Below are positions 1-9,161 of a stretch of DNA of 64,000 nucleotides, one piece after another. Source of the stretch: an uncultured Atribacterota bacterium. Lineage in GTDB: Bacteria > Atribacterota > Phoenicimicrobiia > Phoenicimicrobiales > Stramentimicrobiaceae. The notes beneath the pieces were generated by a model that was not told the DNA's origin, ran no database searches, and saw only the letters and a program-made list of their open reading frames with translations. Every line of letters begins with the position of its first letter. Positions within the stretch are counted from its first letter, which is position 1. The stretch is from NCBI GenBank assembly GCA_964428905.1, contig CAYSAA010000024.1:7418-71417 (forward strand). The letters run 5' to 3'. The position numbers and the translations under genes are program-made.

Positions 1-2
1 CT

Positions 3-578
3 CAATCTCCCCATGGTTGTTATGTCGTAAAGATTCCAATTAGAGATAAAGAAGGATTTGTAGAATTTAGATTGGCTTTAATTGCTCGCTCCAATGATAT
101 CTATGAAGGCTATCTTCCTTATACCAGAAGAAATATCATTTATCAAGCATTCAAAATGCTAGGCGAAAGATATGGATGGAACGGTATGTTTAAAAGAAGA
201 GATTGCTCACAATTTATTATGAGTGTTTACAAAACTATGAATATTTTGATTCCCACTTATACCTGGATGCAGGAGGAGGGGACAGTGGGAAAATCGATTG
301 AATTTAGAGGTTCCATTCAAAAAAGAGAAAGCATATTAGATAAATTACAGCCTGGTGATCCCATTTATTTGAAAGGACATGTGGTCATGTATTTGGGTAA
401 GGAGGGGAATAATCATTATGTTATTCACTCAGGTTCCGGATATGGGATAAAAAGTAAAGTTGGAAGTTTAAAACCTGTAACCGTTCATGGGGTTTTTATT
501 TCAGAAGTACACCAATGGCTTATGAGGGAAGAAAAAAGCTATTTGGAGGCCTTTACAAGTGCTCAAAAGTTTGTATAA
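3..578 (+). CDS. NlpC/P60 (C40) cell-wall peptidase, C-terminal part; the 5' end lies outside the window
   Basis: The frame is open from base 3, with no stop upstream of the tracked TTG at 72. Cys motif RRDCSQFIMSVY and His motif GHVVMYLG, then HYVIHS, are typical of the papain-like NlpC/P60 fold. Confidence 0.7.
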   Translation, partial: QSPHGCYVVKIPIRDKEGFVEFRLALIARSNDIYEGYLPYTRRNIIYQAFKMLGERYGWNGMFKRRDCSQFIMSVYKTMNILIPTYTWMQEEGTVGKSIEFRGSIQKRESILDKLQPGDPIYLKGHVVMYLGKEGNNHYVIHSGSGYGIKSKVGSLKPVTVHGVFISEVHQWLMREEKSYLEAFTSAQKFV

Positions 579-725
579 TTTTCTGTAATCATTGATTATA
601 ATATTTTTAAGGAGGTGGTGGAATAATAAGGTTAACTGGAATTCGAAAATTTTAAAGAGGTGATGCCTAAGGAAAAATTAAGAATTTTTTTTAAGAACAT
701 TAAAATTTCTAAAGGAGTGTCTATT

Positions 726-2291
726 ATGTTAAAAAGAATGGTTCTATGGATAATTTTAATTCTATTGTTTCTTTCTTTGGCCAGCATGAATTATGCAGCT
801 ACCCCGGAGGATGTTTTAGTTATCGGAGCAAATACAGAAATATTTATTACCTGTGATCCCGGAGTTTCTTTTGAAGTTTTACCCAATGCAATGGTCAAAA
901 ATATGTATGCATCACTGGTAAGGGTTAAAATGGAGGATGGAAATTTTGTGCCTGTTCCAGAGCTTGCCGAAAGTTGGGAAATTGATCCGGATGGCAAAAC
1001 ATGGACATTTCATTTACGTGAAGGATCAGTCTTTGCCAATGGAGATCCGTTAAAATCAGATGCGGTTGTTTATTCTATCCAAAGAGTATTGAAGCTTGAA
1101 AAATCCCCTTGTTGGTTATTTTCTGACGTATTGGGATTGACTGAGGACAGTATTAGTGCACCTGATGATTATACAGTAAAAGTAGTCACCAATGGTGCCC
1201 CTTCGAATGTGGTACTTACCATCTTGGGTGATACCCTGGGTGGTATTCTAAACCCAACGGTAGTACAGGAACATGAAGTAGATGGAGATATGGGACAACA
1301 ATGGCTTACCGATCATAGTGCAGGTGCAGGTCCATATGTACTTGAGGAATGGGACCGAAAGATAAAGGTAGTACTTAGAGCCAATGAGAATTATTGGGGA
1401 GGAGCACCTGAGATCAAGACTGTTATCATCCAGGATATTCCCGAACCTACCGACCAGCTTTTGATGCTGCAAAAAGGAGATATCGATATAGCCTGGGACT
1501 TGACTGCTGAGCAGGCGAATTCCTTAAAAGATTCCCCCGATATTTCCGTTGTAACAACTCCCGGACAAAGCGATGAGTATGTTGGTATGAATGCCGGTTG
1601 GGGACCTTTTCAGGATGTCAGAGTAAGACAAGCAGTAAAATACGCCATAGACTATGATGCAATAATCAATCAAGTAATGGCCGGTTTTGCCATCAATAAT
1701 CAGCAATTTCTTCCTGTAGGATACTTTAGTTATGTTGAAAATAATCCTTATTACCAGGATATAGAAAAAGCTAAAGAACTTATGGCTGAAGCAGGATATG
1801 CTGATGGATTTGACGTAGAATTAGTGACAAATACCACGGAACGACGGAAAACTGAAGCCGTAGTTGTTCAGGAAAATCTTGCCAAAATAGGGATAAGGGC
1901 TGAGATAAATCTGATGCAGGCATCACAAATGTATGCGAAATTCAGGGAACAAGGATTACAAATGATCATTGCTGGCTGGGGAGTTGATTACCCGGATGCT
2001 GATGCTCTTGCTAATCCTTTTGCTAATTATCGGGTGCAGCAACTTGCCTGGAGATGTGTATGGTACGATGATTACGCCGCTGATCTTACTGAAGCTGCAG
2101 CTAAGGAAATAAATGAAGATAGACGTTTTCAGATGTATCAGGACCTTACAAATTATTGGCATATATATGGTCCATTTGCCATGATGTATCAACCCATCGA
2201 ATTCTGGGCAGTAAGAAATGAAGTAAAAAATTATGATAAAGCTGCCGAAGGTTATTCTGTGCACTTCGATCTTACAGAAGTTTCTAAATGA
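726..2291 (+). CDS. ABC transporter substrate-binding protein, family 5 (peptide/nickel, OppA/DppA-like)
   Basis: ATG at 726 follows AAAGGAG and gives a signal-peptide-like N-terminus (MLKRMVLWIILILLFLSLASMNYA). About 520 aa and sits first in an operon with DppBCDF-like genes. The tracked start at 660 is less likely. Confidence 0.85.
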   Translation: MLKRMVLWIILILLFLSLASMNYAATPEDVLVIGANTEIFITCDPGVSFEVLPNAMVKNMYASLVRVKMEDGNFVPVPELAESWEIDPDGKTWTFHLREGSVFANGDPLKSDAVVYSIQRVLKLEKSPCWLFSDVLGLTEDSISAPDDYTVKVVTNGAPSNVVLTILGDTLGGILNPTVVQEHEVDGDMGQQWLTDHSAGAGPYVLEEWDRKIKVVLRANENYWGGAPEIKTVIIQDIPEPTDQLLMLQKGDIDIAWDLTAEQANSLKDSPDISVVTTPGQSDEYVGMNAGWGPFQDVRVRQAVKYAIDYDAIINQVMAGFAINNQQFLPVGYFSYVENNPYYQDIEKAKELMAEAGYADGFDVELVTNTTERRKTEAVVVQENLAKIGIRAEINLMQASQMYAKFREQGLQMIIAGWGVDYPDADALANPFANYRVQQLAWRCVWYDDYAADLTEAAAKEINEDRRFQMYQDLTNYWHIYGPFAMMYQPIEFWAVRNEVKNYDKAAEGYSVHFDLTEVSK

Positions 2292-2347
2292 CAATTCTTA
2301 AAGATTGAACTTTTAAGAGAAAAGATTGTAGTTTTCCTATGAAGATG

Positions 2348-2417
2348 AATAGCGGTTTTAGTTTAGGATTCACATTCTGATATTTTTGAGATGATTTTCT
2401 ACCCTAAAACCGCTATT
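2348..2417 (+). promoter_or_regulatory. Intercistronic long-loop stem (14-bp perfect arms) between the binding-protein gene and the permease genes
   Basis: AATAGCGGTTTTAG (2348-2361) is the exact reverse complement of CTAAAACCGCTATT (2404-2417), followed by ATTTTA. Its position matches the partial terminator or mRNA stabiliser often found after ABC binding-protein genes. Confidence 0.5.
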
Positions 2418-2473
2418 ATTTTAGAAAACATGATTGATTTATAATGATCTAAGTAAATGAAGGAAAATATGTA

Positions 2474-3481
2474 ATGAAACTGGAAAGTTATATTATAAGA
2501 AGAATATTTTTAATGGTTATTGTTATGTTTGGAGTAGCGACCATTGTTTTTTTTATCACTCGTGTCATCCCTGCAGACCCGGTTGGCGCTATATTGGGTG
2601 GAAATGCCCCCATCGAACGGGTTGATGAAATGAGACGTCACCTTGGTTTGGATAAGCCGATAACATTACAGTTCGTTGATTATATAAAGGGCATACTTCA
2701 TGCAGATTTTGGAGTATCTCTCAAATCAAATCGACCGGTCTTAAAAGATATAATCAACTATTTCCCGGCTACGATTGAATTAGCAATTGCTTCCATGCTT
2801 TTTGCGGTATTCGTTGGGGTAGTTCTGGGCATATTTTCTGCCATTCACCGGAATAAGCCGATTGATCATTTTTCAAGAGTTTTCTCAATATTAGGTGTTT
2901 CAATGCCGGTTTTCTGGCTCGGTTTGTTGCTATTGTTGGTATTTTATTATCATCTTGATTGGCTTCCGGGGGGAGGCAGGAATGATTTGTTCATCTTTCC
3001 TGCTCGTATTACCGGACTTGTGCTTCTGGACTCGATTCTTACTAGAGATTGGACTGCTTTTTGGGATGGGCTTAGACATATCATACTTCCTGCCTTTGTT
3101 CTTGGTTATGCTTCAGCAGCATCAATAGCAAGAATAATGAGAGCAAGTATGCTGGATATACTAAGACAAGATTTTATAAGAACCGCCAAATCCAAAGGTC
3201 TTTCAAAAAAGGTAGTCATTTATCGTCATGCTCTTAAGAATTCCTTGATACCAGTTGTAACTATTATAGGTATTTCTTTAGGGAGTCTTTTAAGTGGTGC
3301 TGTGCTTACGGAAACAATTTTTAGCTGGCCTGGCCTGGGTAGATATATCGTTAATGCTTTGCTGGTATTGGATTATCCGGCAGTAACCGGGGGGACGTTG
3401 TTTATTGCATTTGTGTATTCTCTTGCCAATTTGGTGGTTGATATTTCTTATGCCGCTCTCGACCCAAGGATGAGAGTATAA
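2474..3481 (+). CDS. ABC peptide transporter permease (DppB/OppB-like)
   Basis: Six-TM profile and a BPD-transport EAA-type region (SIARIMRASMLDILRQDFIRTAKSKGL). Confidence 0.9.
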   Translation: MKLESYIIRRIFLMVIVMFGVATIVFFITRVIPADPVGAILGGNAPIERVDEMRRHLGLDKPITLQFVDYIKGILHADFGVSLKSNRPVLKDIINYFPATIELAIASMLFAVFVGVVLGIFSAIHRNKPIDHFSRVFSILGVSMPVFWLGLLLLLVFYYHLDWLPGGGRNDLFIFPARITGLVLLDSILTRDWTAFWDGLRHIILPAFVLGYASAASIARIMRASMLDILRQDFIRTAKSKGLSKKVVIYRHALKNSLIPVVTIIGISLGSLLSGAVLTETIFSWPGLGRYIVNALLVLDYPAVTGGTLFIAFVYSLANLVVDISYAALDPRMRV

Positions 3482-3498
3482 AGGGGGAATAAGGAAAA

Positions 3499-4410
3499 TT
3501 GTTTAATACTACAAACAATACAGGGCAAAAAGAAAAAATAAGATTGTTATTTAAGCAAAGGAAGCCCATTATTGAAGACTGGAAACATACCTATTATCTA
3601 TGGAAAAGCACGCCTCTTGCCATGATTGGAACTATAATTATTTTTATGTTTTTAGCTATAGCAATCTTTGCTCCTTTATTAGCCCCCTATGGTCCGACTG
3701 AACAGTCTATGGGAGAAAGGTTACTTCCTCCTAGTTCTCAGCATATTTTTGGTACAGACCAATATGGAAGGGACATTTTTTCCCGGGTAGTTTATGGTGC
3801 AAGGGTTGAGTTGTGGATTATCTTTATCGTGTCAATTATCAGTGTGATGATTGGCATTATTGTTGGTATTACTGCCGGTTATTTCGGCGGAGCCGTTGAC
3901 GAAATTTTAATGAGAATAACCGATATGTTTTTAGCTTTTCCAAGATTAGTTTTAGCAATGATTTTAACTGCAGTCCTGGGACCAAATCTGACCAATACGA
4001 TGATAGCCATATCATTGGTTGATTGGACAGTGTATGCAAGACTTGGAAGGGCAGAAGCAATGAAAGTAAAGTCCCAACCCTATATTGAGGCAATAAGAGC
4101 AATAGGTGCGAATGATTTGAGAATCATTGTTTTCCATGTTTTACCTATGTCCATATCTCCCGTAATCGTTCAACTGACTTTACGAATGGGAACTATTATT
4201 CTTACGGCGGCAGGCCTTGGATTTCTTGGTCTCGGAGCACAACCTCCAACGCCGGAATGGGGAGCTATTGTCAGTGATGGACGAAATTATCTTGTAGACC
4301 AGTGGTGGATAACTACTTTTCCAGGGATTGCCATAGCTTTTGTTGTTTTGGGTTTTAATCTTTTAGGTGATGGCATTAGAGACATATCAGACCCAAGGCT
4401 TAGGAGGTAA
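3499..4410 (+). CDS. ABC peptide transporter permease (DppC/OppC-like)
   Basis: N-terminal OppC-type helix, an IFGTDQYGRDIFSRVVYG motif and a C-terminal LGDGIRDISDPR motif. TTG start follows a GGGGGAATAAGGA Shine-Dalgarno (SD). Confidence 0.9.
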   Translation: MFNTTNNTGQKEKIRLLFKQRKPIIEDWKHTYYLWKSTPLAMIGTIIIFMFLAIAIFAPLLAPYGPTEQSMGERLLPPSSQHIFGTDQYGRDIFSRVVYGARVELWIIFIVSIISVMIGIIVGITAGYFGGAVDEILMRITDMFLAFPRLVLAMILTAVLGPNLTNTMIAISLVDWTVYARLGRAEAMKVKSQPYIEAIRAIGANDLRIIVFHVLPMSISPVIVQLTLRMGTIILTAAGLGFLGLGAQPPTPEWGAIVSDGRNYLVDQWWITTFPGIAIAFVVLGFNLLGDGIRDISDPRLRR

Positions 4411-4413
4411 GGG

Positions 4414-5397
4414 GTGCAAAAAGCGAGAGGGAATCTTTTAGACATTAATAATCTTAAGGTAGTTTTTTATACTTATCGCGGAATTATCAAAGCATTAAAC
4501 GGTGTAGAGCTATGGATGAACAAGGGTGAAAGGCTTGGCATTGTTGGGGAGACGGGATGCGGTAAATCAGTAACGGCATTATCCATTATGGGCTTAATTG
4601 AACAACCTGGTGAAATCATTGAAGGAGGTATCTTGTTTGAAGATAAATTGTTGACTTCTATGAAAGAAAATGCATTGATGAATATTCGAGGCAAAGAGAT
4701 ATCAATGATCTTTCAAGAACCAAATGCGGCTCTGAACCCGGTAATGAAAGTAGGATTTCAGATAGCAGAAAGCATTGCTAAGGTAAAGAATATAAAGATA
4801 GGAAAGGAAGTATATACAGAAGTTAGAAGAATGTTGGAAATTGCCGGCCTTGATTGGGAAAGAACCATCAATCTTTATCCTCATGAGTTAAGCGGAGGAA
4901 TGGCGCAAAGAGTGATGATAGCCATGGCTTTGTCTTCAAATCCCAAACTGCTTATAGCAGATGAACCGACTTCTGCCCTTGATGTAACTATACAAGCCCA
5001 GATACTGGATCTTCTTGATGAATTAGTGAAGAAATTTGGTAATACAGTGATATTAATTACTCATGATATGGGAGTTGCAGCAGAATTTTGTGACAAGATG
5101 GCGGTCATGTATGCAGGAAACATGGTTGAATATGCAAGGACAACAGATATTTTTGAAAATCCTCATCATCCTTATACCAAGGGTCTTTTAAAGGCAGTTC
5201 CGAAAATTGGCAGGACAGATGAACTTCAGAGTATACCGGGAGTAGTACCGGATTTAGTTGACCCGCCTTCCGGTTGTCGTTTCCATCCCAGATGTAAGCA
5301 GGCTATGAAAATCTGTCAAAAAAATTTTCCACCGCTCATAAAAATTAAATCCGATCATTATGTTGCCTGTTATTTATATGGAAAGGAAGATCGATAA
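4414..5397 (+). CDS. ABC peptide transporter ATP-binding protein (DppD/OppD-like)
   Basis: Walker A GETGCGKSV, signature LSGGMAQR, Walker B LLIADEPTSALD, and a C-terminal oligopeptide-type Cys/His tail (PPSGCRFHPRC). GTG start lies 6 nt after AGGAGG. Confidence 0.9.
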   Translation: MQKARGNLLDINNLKVVFYTYRGIIKALNGVELWMNKGERLGIVGETGCGKSVTALSIMGLIEQPGEIIEGGILFEDKLLTSMKENALMNIRGKEISMIFQEPNAALNPVMKVGFQIAESIAKVKNIKIGKEVYTEVRRMLEIAGLDWERTINLYPHELSGGMAQRVMIAMALSSNPKLLIADEPTSALDVTIQAQILDLLDELVKKFGNTVILITHDMGVAAEFCDKMAVMYAGNMVEYARTTDIFENPHHPYTKGLLKAVPKIGRTDELQSIPGVVPDLVDPPSGCRFHPRCKQAMKICQKNFPPLIKIKSDHYVACYLYGKEDR

Positions 5398-6405
5398 ATG
5401 CAAATAGTTCAAGTAAATGAGGAAACAAAAAATTTAATATCGGTTGAGCATCTTATAAAATATTTTGCCATTAAACAGAGTTTGCTATGTTCCCCCAAGT
5501 ATGTGAAAGCAGTGGATGACATTTCTTTCCATATTCCTAAAAATAGTATCTTTGGAATTGTTGGTGAATCCGGTTCCGGGAAAACCACTATAGGGCGAAC
5601 CATCCTTCGACTAATAGAACCTACCTCGGGTGTTATTAAATATCTTTCCGTAGATATTACCTCTCTTAACGCAAGAGAACTTCGAATCTTTCGTCGGAAA
5701 ATGCAGATTGTTTCTCAAGATCCTTATAATTCACTTCATCCCAGAAAGCTGGTAAAAACTATTATAGGAGAAGGTTTGCAGATTCATTTTAAACTTTCAT
5801 CAGAAGAAAACTATCAAAGGGTAAAAGATATTCTTGAACAAGTTGGTTTACGGGAAGAGCATATGTTCCGCTATGCTCATGAATTCAGCGGGGGTCAACG
5901 CCAACGTATTGCCGTAGCCAGGGCTCTTGTTTTAAAACCGGAATTCTTGGTGTTAGATGAACCCACATCTGCTCTTGATGTTTCGGTACAGGCAGTTATT
6001 TTAAAAATGTTAAAAAGCCTGAGGCATGAATTTTCCTTAACTTATCTTTTTATTACTCATGATTTGGCTGTTATTGATTATATGGCAGATTATGTAGCAG
6101 TGATGTATCTTGGTCAGATTTTGGAAATAGGATCGAAAAATGATCTATTTTTATCTCCTATGCATCCATACACATTAATTCTTCTGAATTCAATTCCCAA
6201 TCCTGATCCAAGAAAGAAAAAGAAAAAAGTCTTACCCAAAGGTGAAATTCCGAGTCCTATAGATCCGCCCCATGGTTGCAGATTCCACACCAGATGTCCT
6301 TATATGAAAGATATATGTGTAAAGGAAGAACCTGAAATGAGAGAAATAAGCAAAGGACATTTGGTGAAATGTCATTTTCCCTTAAATGAATTAAAGAACC
6401 GCTAA
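5398..6405 (+). CDS. ABC peptide transporter ATP-binding protein (DppF/OppF-like)
   Basis: Walker A GESGSGKTT, signature FSGGQRQR, Walker B LVLDEPTSALD and tail PPHGCRFHTRCP. The start ATG abuts the upstream stop (TAAATG). Confidence 0.9.
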   Translation: MQIVQVNEETKNLISVEHLIKYFAIKQSLLCSPKYVKAVDDISFHIPKNSIFGIVGESGSGKTTIGRTILRLIEPTSGVIKYLSVDITSLNARELRIFRRKMQIVSQDPYNSLHPRKLVKTIIGEGLQIHFKLSSEENYQRVKDILEQVGLREEHMFRYAHEFSGGQRQRIAVARALVLKPEFLVLDEPTSALDVSVQAVILKMLKSLRHEFSLTYLFITHDLAVIDYMADYVAVMYLGQILEIGSKNDLFLSPMHPYTLILLNSIPNPDPRKKKKKVLPKGEIPSPIDPPHGCRFHTRCPYMKDICVKEEPEMREISKGHLVKCHFPLNELKNR

Positions 6406-6479
6406 CCTGTTAAATTAACTGCAATAAATAATAGAGTATATGATAAATTTAATCATTTTTTAGACAGAAGGTAGTCTAT

Positions 6480-8408
6480 ATGATAAAGAGGAACATTTTT
6501 TATCTTATTGTGTTAATCATTTTGTTGAATCTATTTTTCTTTCAACTTGATGTGGAAATTAATGCTGCGATCTATCGAATTATCAATCCCCAGGGTGTCA
6601 CTGTTCGTGTTTCGACTGAACCTATTTTAAATGAAAAAGAAATTCAAAATGGATGTAATATTTATCTTCTGGAGTTGGGTAAGAAATTACCAGATTTTGA
6701 CCGGGATAAAAAGATTAGAGGAATGGTATTTTGGGATCTTAACGAGAATGGAAGAAGGGAAAAAGGCGAGGAGGGTATGGCAGACATCCAGGTCTCTAAT
6801 GGATTGGATATTACTCTGACGGATAGGCAGGGATATTATGAACTTACTAAAAATGGTACCTTTGTTTTTTTAACCATACCAAATGATTTTAAAATGACCA
6901 CATCCTGGTATCATATTATTTCTGCCCCGAATATGAATTTTGGGTTAGAAGAGGACCGGGGGAAAAATAGGGAACATTTTACTTTTATTCATTTGACTGA
7001 TCCACACACCGATTTGGATGAAAACCATAATCGAATGATTAGAAATGCAGTTGATGAGATTAATCATATTGCACCTGACTTTATGATGGTTACTGGAGAC
7101 ATGGTCTATGAAGGAGATAAACATCCTATTGATCAAACCAGGAGATGGTTTAATCGGTATGTCAGTTTGATTAACAAGTTAAATATGCCTACCTTTCACA
7201 CCATCGGGAATCATGATATAGCCGGTATATATTACCAAGGGGATGTCAGTGCGCAAGAGGGATACAATAAATGGTTATATTACAGTTATTTCGGCCCAGA
7301 ATACTATTCCTTTGATTGGGGGAATTTTCATTGCATTGTCCTGGATCCCAATCAATTCGATGGAGAGAGTCAGTATTTCGAAATATCGGAAGAGCAGATA
7401 TTATGGTTAAAAAAAGACCTCTCCTTCTATGATGATAGTATACCATTATTAGTGTTTTTTCATGAGCCGATCAATACCTGGAAGAATAAAGAGGATATTC
7501 TTCATTTATTTGGAAACAGACAGGTAAGATTATTTTCAGGACATTGGCATTTTGACGTGTTGCTGGAGCATGAGGAGGTCTTGGAACAAGTGACCAGTGC
7601 CTTGTGTGGAGAGTGGTGGAAAGGGGAAGGTTCTGATGGACGATTAGGAGGGTATCGCATTTTCCAGGTTAATGGAAATAAAATTAATAGTTTTTATCGT
7701 GAAATTGGTCAAGATCGCCAGATTGAATTTGTTGAACCGAAACCCATGACTTCACAAATATGGAATGTTATGGCTCTTATTTATACAGAGAATGCTCCCT
7801 TGATCGGTGCCGAATATCAAATAAACCAGGGGAAATGGATTCCCATGATCATTGAGAATCATGATAACTGGTTTGTGGTTAGCGAAAGAAGAGATATCAA
7901 TATTTTTTTAGAACCGGGTTATCATCAAGTAGAGATTAAGGCTGAAGATCAATTGGGAGAATTTAGTAAGGCAATGCATTTTAGAATAGGTTCAGGAGAG
8001 AAACTATCTTTTAAAGAATTGTATTCTCATTTTTCAACTTATCATGGGCATCTTATTCAAGTAGAAGGAAAGTTAAAAAAAATCTTTGCTGAGCCGCTGT
8101 ATACTTCCCAGTCCCAGGAATTTATGAATGGTGCCATTATTTTAAAGGATCATAGCGACTATGGAGGACTGTTATTAGGGGAATATGGCATTTCAAAAAA
8201 AGAGGAGTTTGAAAAAGGCCAGTTTATCACTGCGGAAATTATTCCCTTACGATTTCGTTGGGATTCAATAGAGAGAAAACAAAAGTTACTGATCCTGCTA
8301 AATTTATTCCGATTGCCTAAAGGATTTTTGGTTAAGGAGGACTCTCTCAAACCGGAGGCAGTTCAGATATTATGGCTTATTCATCATCAAATTCATCAAG
8401 AAAAATAA
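6480..8408 (+). CDS. Membrane-anchored or secreted calcineurin-like metallophosphoesterase with extra N- and C-terminal domains
   Basis: N-terminal hydrophobic helix. Metallophosphoesterase motifs appear in order: LTDPH, GDMVYEGD, GNHD, FFHEP, GHWH. A preceding Ig/carboxypeptidase-regulatory-like segment (QVSNGLDITLTDRQGYYEL) and a C-terminal region of about 200 aa are unassigned. Confidence 0.75.
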   Translation: MIKRNIFYLIVLIILLNLFFFQLDVEINAAIYRIINPQGVTVRVSTEPILNEKEIQNGCNIYLLELGKKLPDFDRDKKIRGMVFWDLNENGRREKGEEGMADIQVSNGLDITLTDRQGYYELTKNGTFVFLTIPNDFKMTTSWYHIISAPNMNFGLEEDRGKNREHFTFIHLTDPHTDLDENHNRMIRNAVDEINHIAPDFMMVTGDMVYEGDKHPIDQTRRWFNRYVSLINKLNMPTFHTIGNHDIAGIYYQGDVSAQEGYNKWLYYSYFGPEYYSFDWGNFHCIVLDPNQFDGESQYFEISEEQILWLKKDLSFYDDSIPLLVFFHEPINTWKNKEDILHLFGNRQVRLFSGHWHFDVLLEHEEVLEQVTSALCGEWWKGEGSDGRLGGYRIFQVNGNKINSFYREIGQDRQIEFVEPKPMTSQIWNVMALIYTENAPLIGAEYQINQGKWIPMIIENHDNWFVVSERRDINIFLEPGYHQVEIKAEDQLGEFSKAMHFRIGSGEKLSFKELYSHFSTYHGHLIQVEGKLKKIFAEPLYTSQSQEFMNGAIILKDHSDYGGLLLGEYGISKKEEFEKGQFITAEIIPLRFRWDSIERKQKLLILLNLFRLPKGFLVKEDSLKPEAVQILWLIHHQIHQEK

Positions 8409-8417
8409 ATTCAAAAT

Positions 8418-8445
8418 CTGCCAGGGGACAGTTGTCCTCTGGCAG
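8418..8445 (+). terminator. Possible terminator hairpin after the metallophosphoesterase gene
   Basis: CTGCCAGGGGAC-AGTT-GTCCTCTGGCAG gives a 12-bp stem with one G-U pair, starting 10 nt after the stop. No clear U-tract follows. Confidence 0.35.
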
Positions 8446-8451
8446 TAAGGA

Positions 8452-8576
8452 AAAAGAGATTGATAGCATTAACGAGGTCTATCATGGAAAAATAAGTTTT
8501 AGTCCCAGCATTTGTAGGATTAAGTGCTCCTTACTGGGATAGCGAGGCTAAGGATTCTATTCAGGGAATTACCCGG
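8452..8576 (+). pseudogene. Relic of an FGGY-family sugar kinase (glycerol-kinase-like), about 40 codons with a frameshift
   Basis: Codons 8496-8576 read VLVPAFVGLSAPYWDSEAKDSIQGITR then stop. This matches the GlpK core VPAFxGLxAPYWDxxARGxIxGLTR. Upstream, EIDSINEVYHGK lies in a different frame, and an in-frame TAA is at 8493. Confidence 0.6.
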
Positions 8577-8778
8577 TGAAACTCTCGTTAGCAATGATTT
8601 CGGTATCTTTCAAGGAGGAAAAGGTGCCAATCAGGCTATCGCTCTGGCTGAATTGGATGTTCCTACCTTGATGTTAGGCAAAGTAGGGGAAGATGCTCTC
8701 AATGATTTTGCCCTGAGAATATTTTGGAAGCTAAAAGTCTTTCAATTTTTAATTAAATGGCTTAATAAGTATGTCTAA
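8524..8778 (+). pseudogene. Relic of a ribokinase (PfkB family) N-terminus, fused directly to the FGGY relic
   Basis: LPGETLVSNDFGIFQGGKGANQAIALAELDVPTLMLGKVGEDA matches the ribokinase N-terminal signature (PGETV...GGKGANQAVA). Only about 55 homologous residues remain before the frame runs into unrelated AT-rich sequence. There is no credible N-terminus or SD. Confidence 0.6.
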
Positions 8779-9161
8779 TTTTAAAAAAGTTTTATCCATT
8801 TTATAAAATTACCTTACAAAGTGAACAAGAGATGTGAAGAGGGAAAAATGTGATATTTAAAGATTAGACACTGAAATTAAATGAGTTTGTGCTACATGCC
8901 TTATTGAAATATTTGTAGAATGAAATATAATCTTTATAATAAATAATATATAAGAAAAATAAGATATTCAAAAATAGTGTAGAAAAATCTTGCAAGAGGA
9001 AGAAAAGGTTAACAAATATATAACAATACATCGATATAAATTTTATGAAAAGACAGTTAATTTTTTCATTATTAAAATATGCAGGTAAGTGACTATTAAA
9101 TATAATTTTAAATTAGGATTTGTTTAAAGTAATTTTTAGCAATAGAGGAGGCAACGAAAAA

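Noticed and set aside
8524-8778. Treating the 84-codon ORF as an intact small gene.
   Set aside because: Its only meaningful similarity is to the N-terminal 55 or so residues of ribokinase. The first 15 codons overlap an FGGY-kinase relic in another frame, and the C-terminus is AT-rich read-through. It is therefore called a pseudogene.
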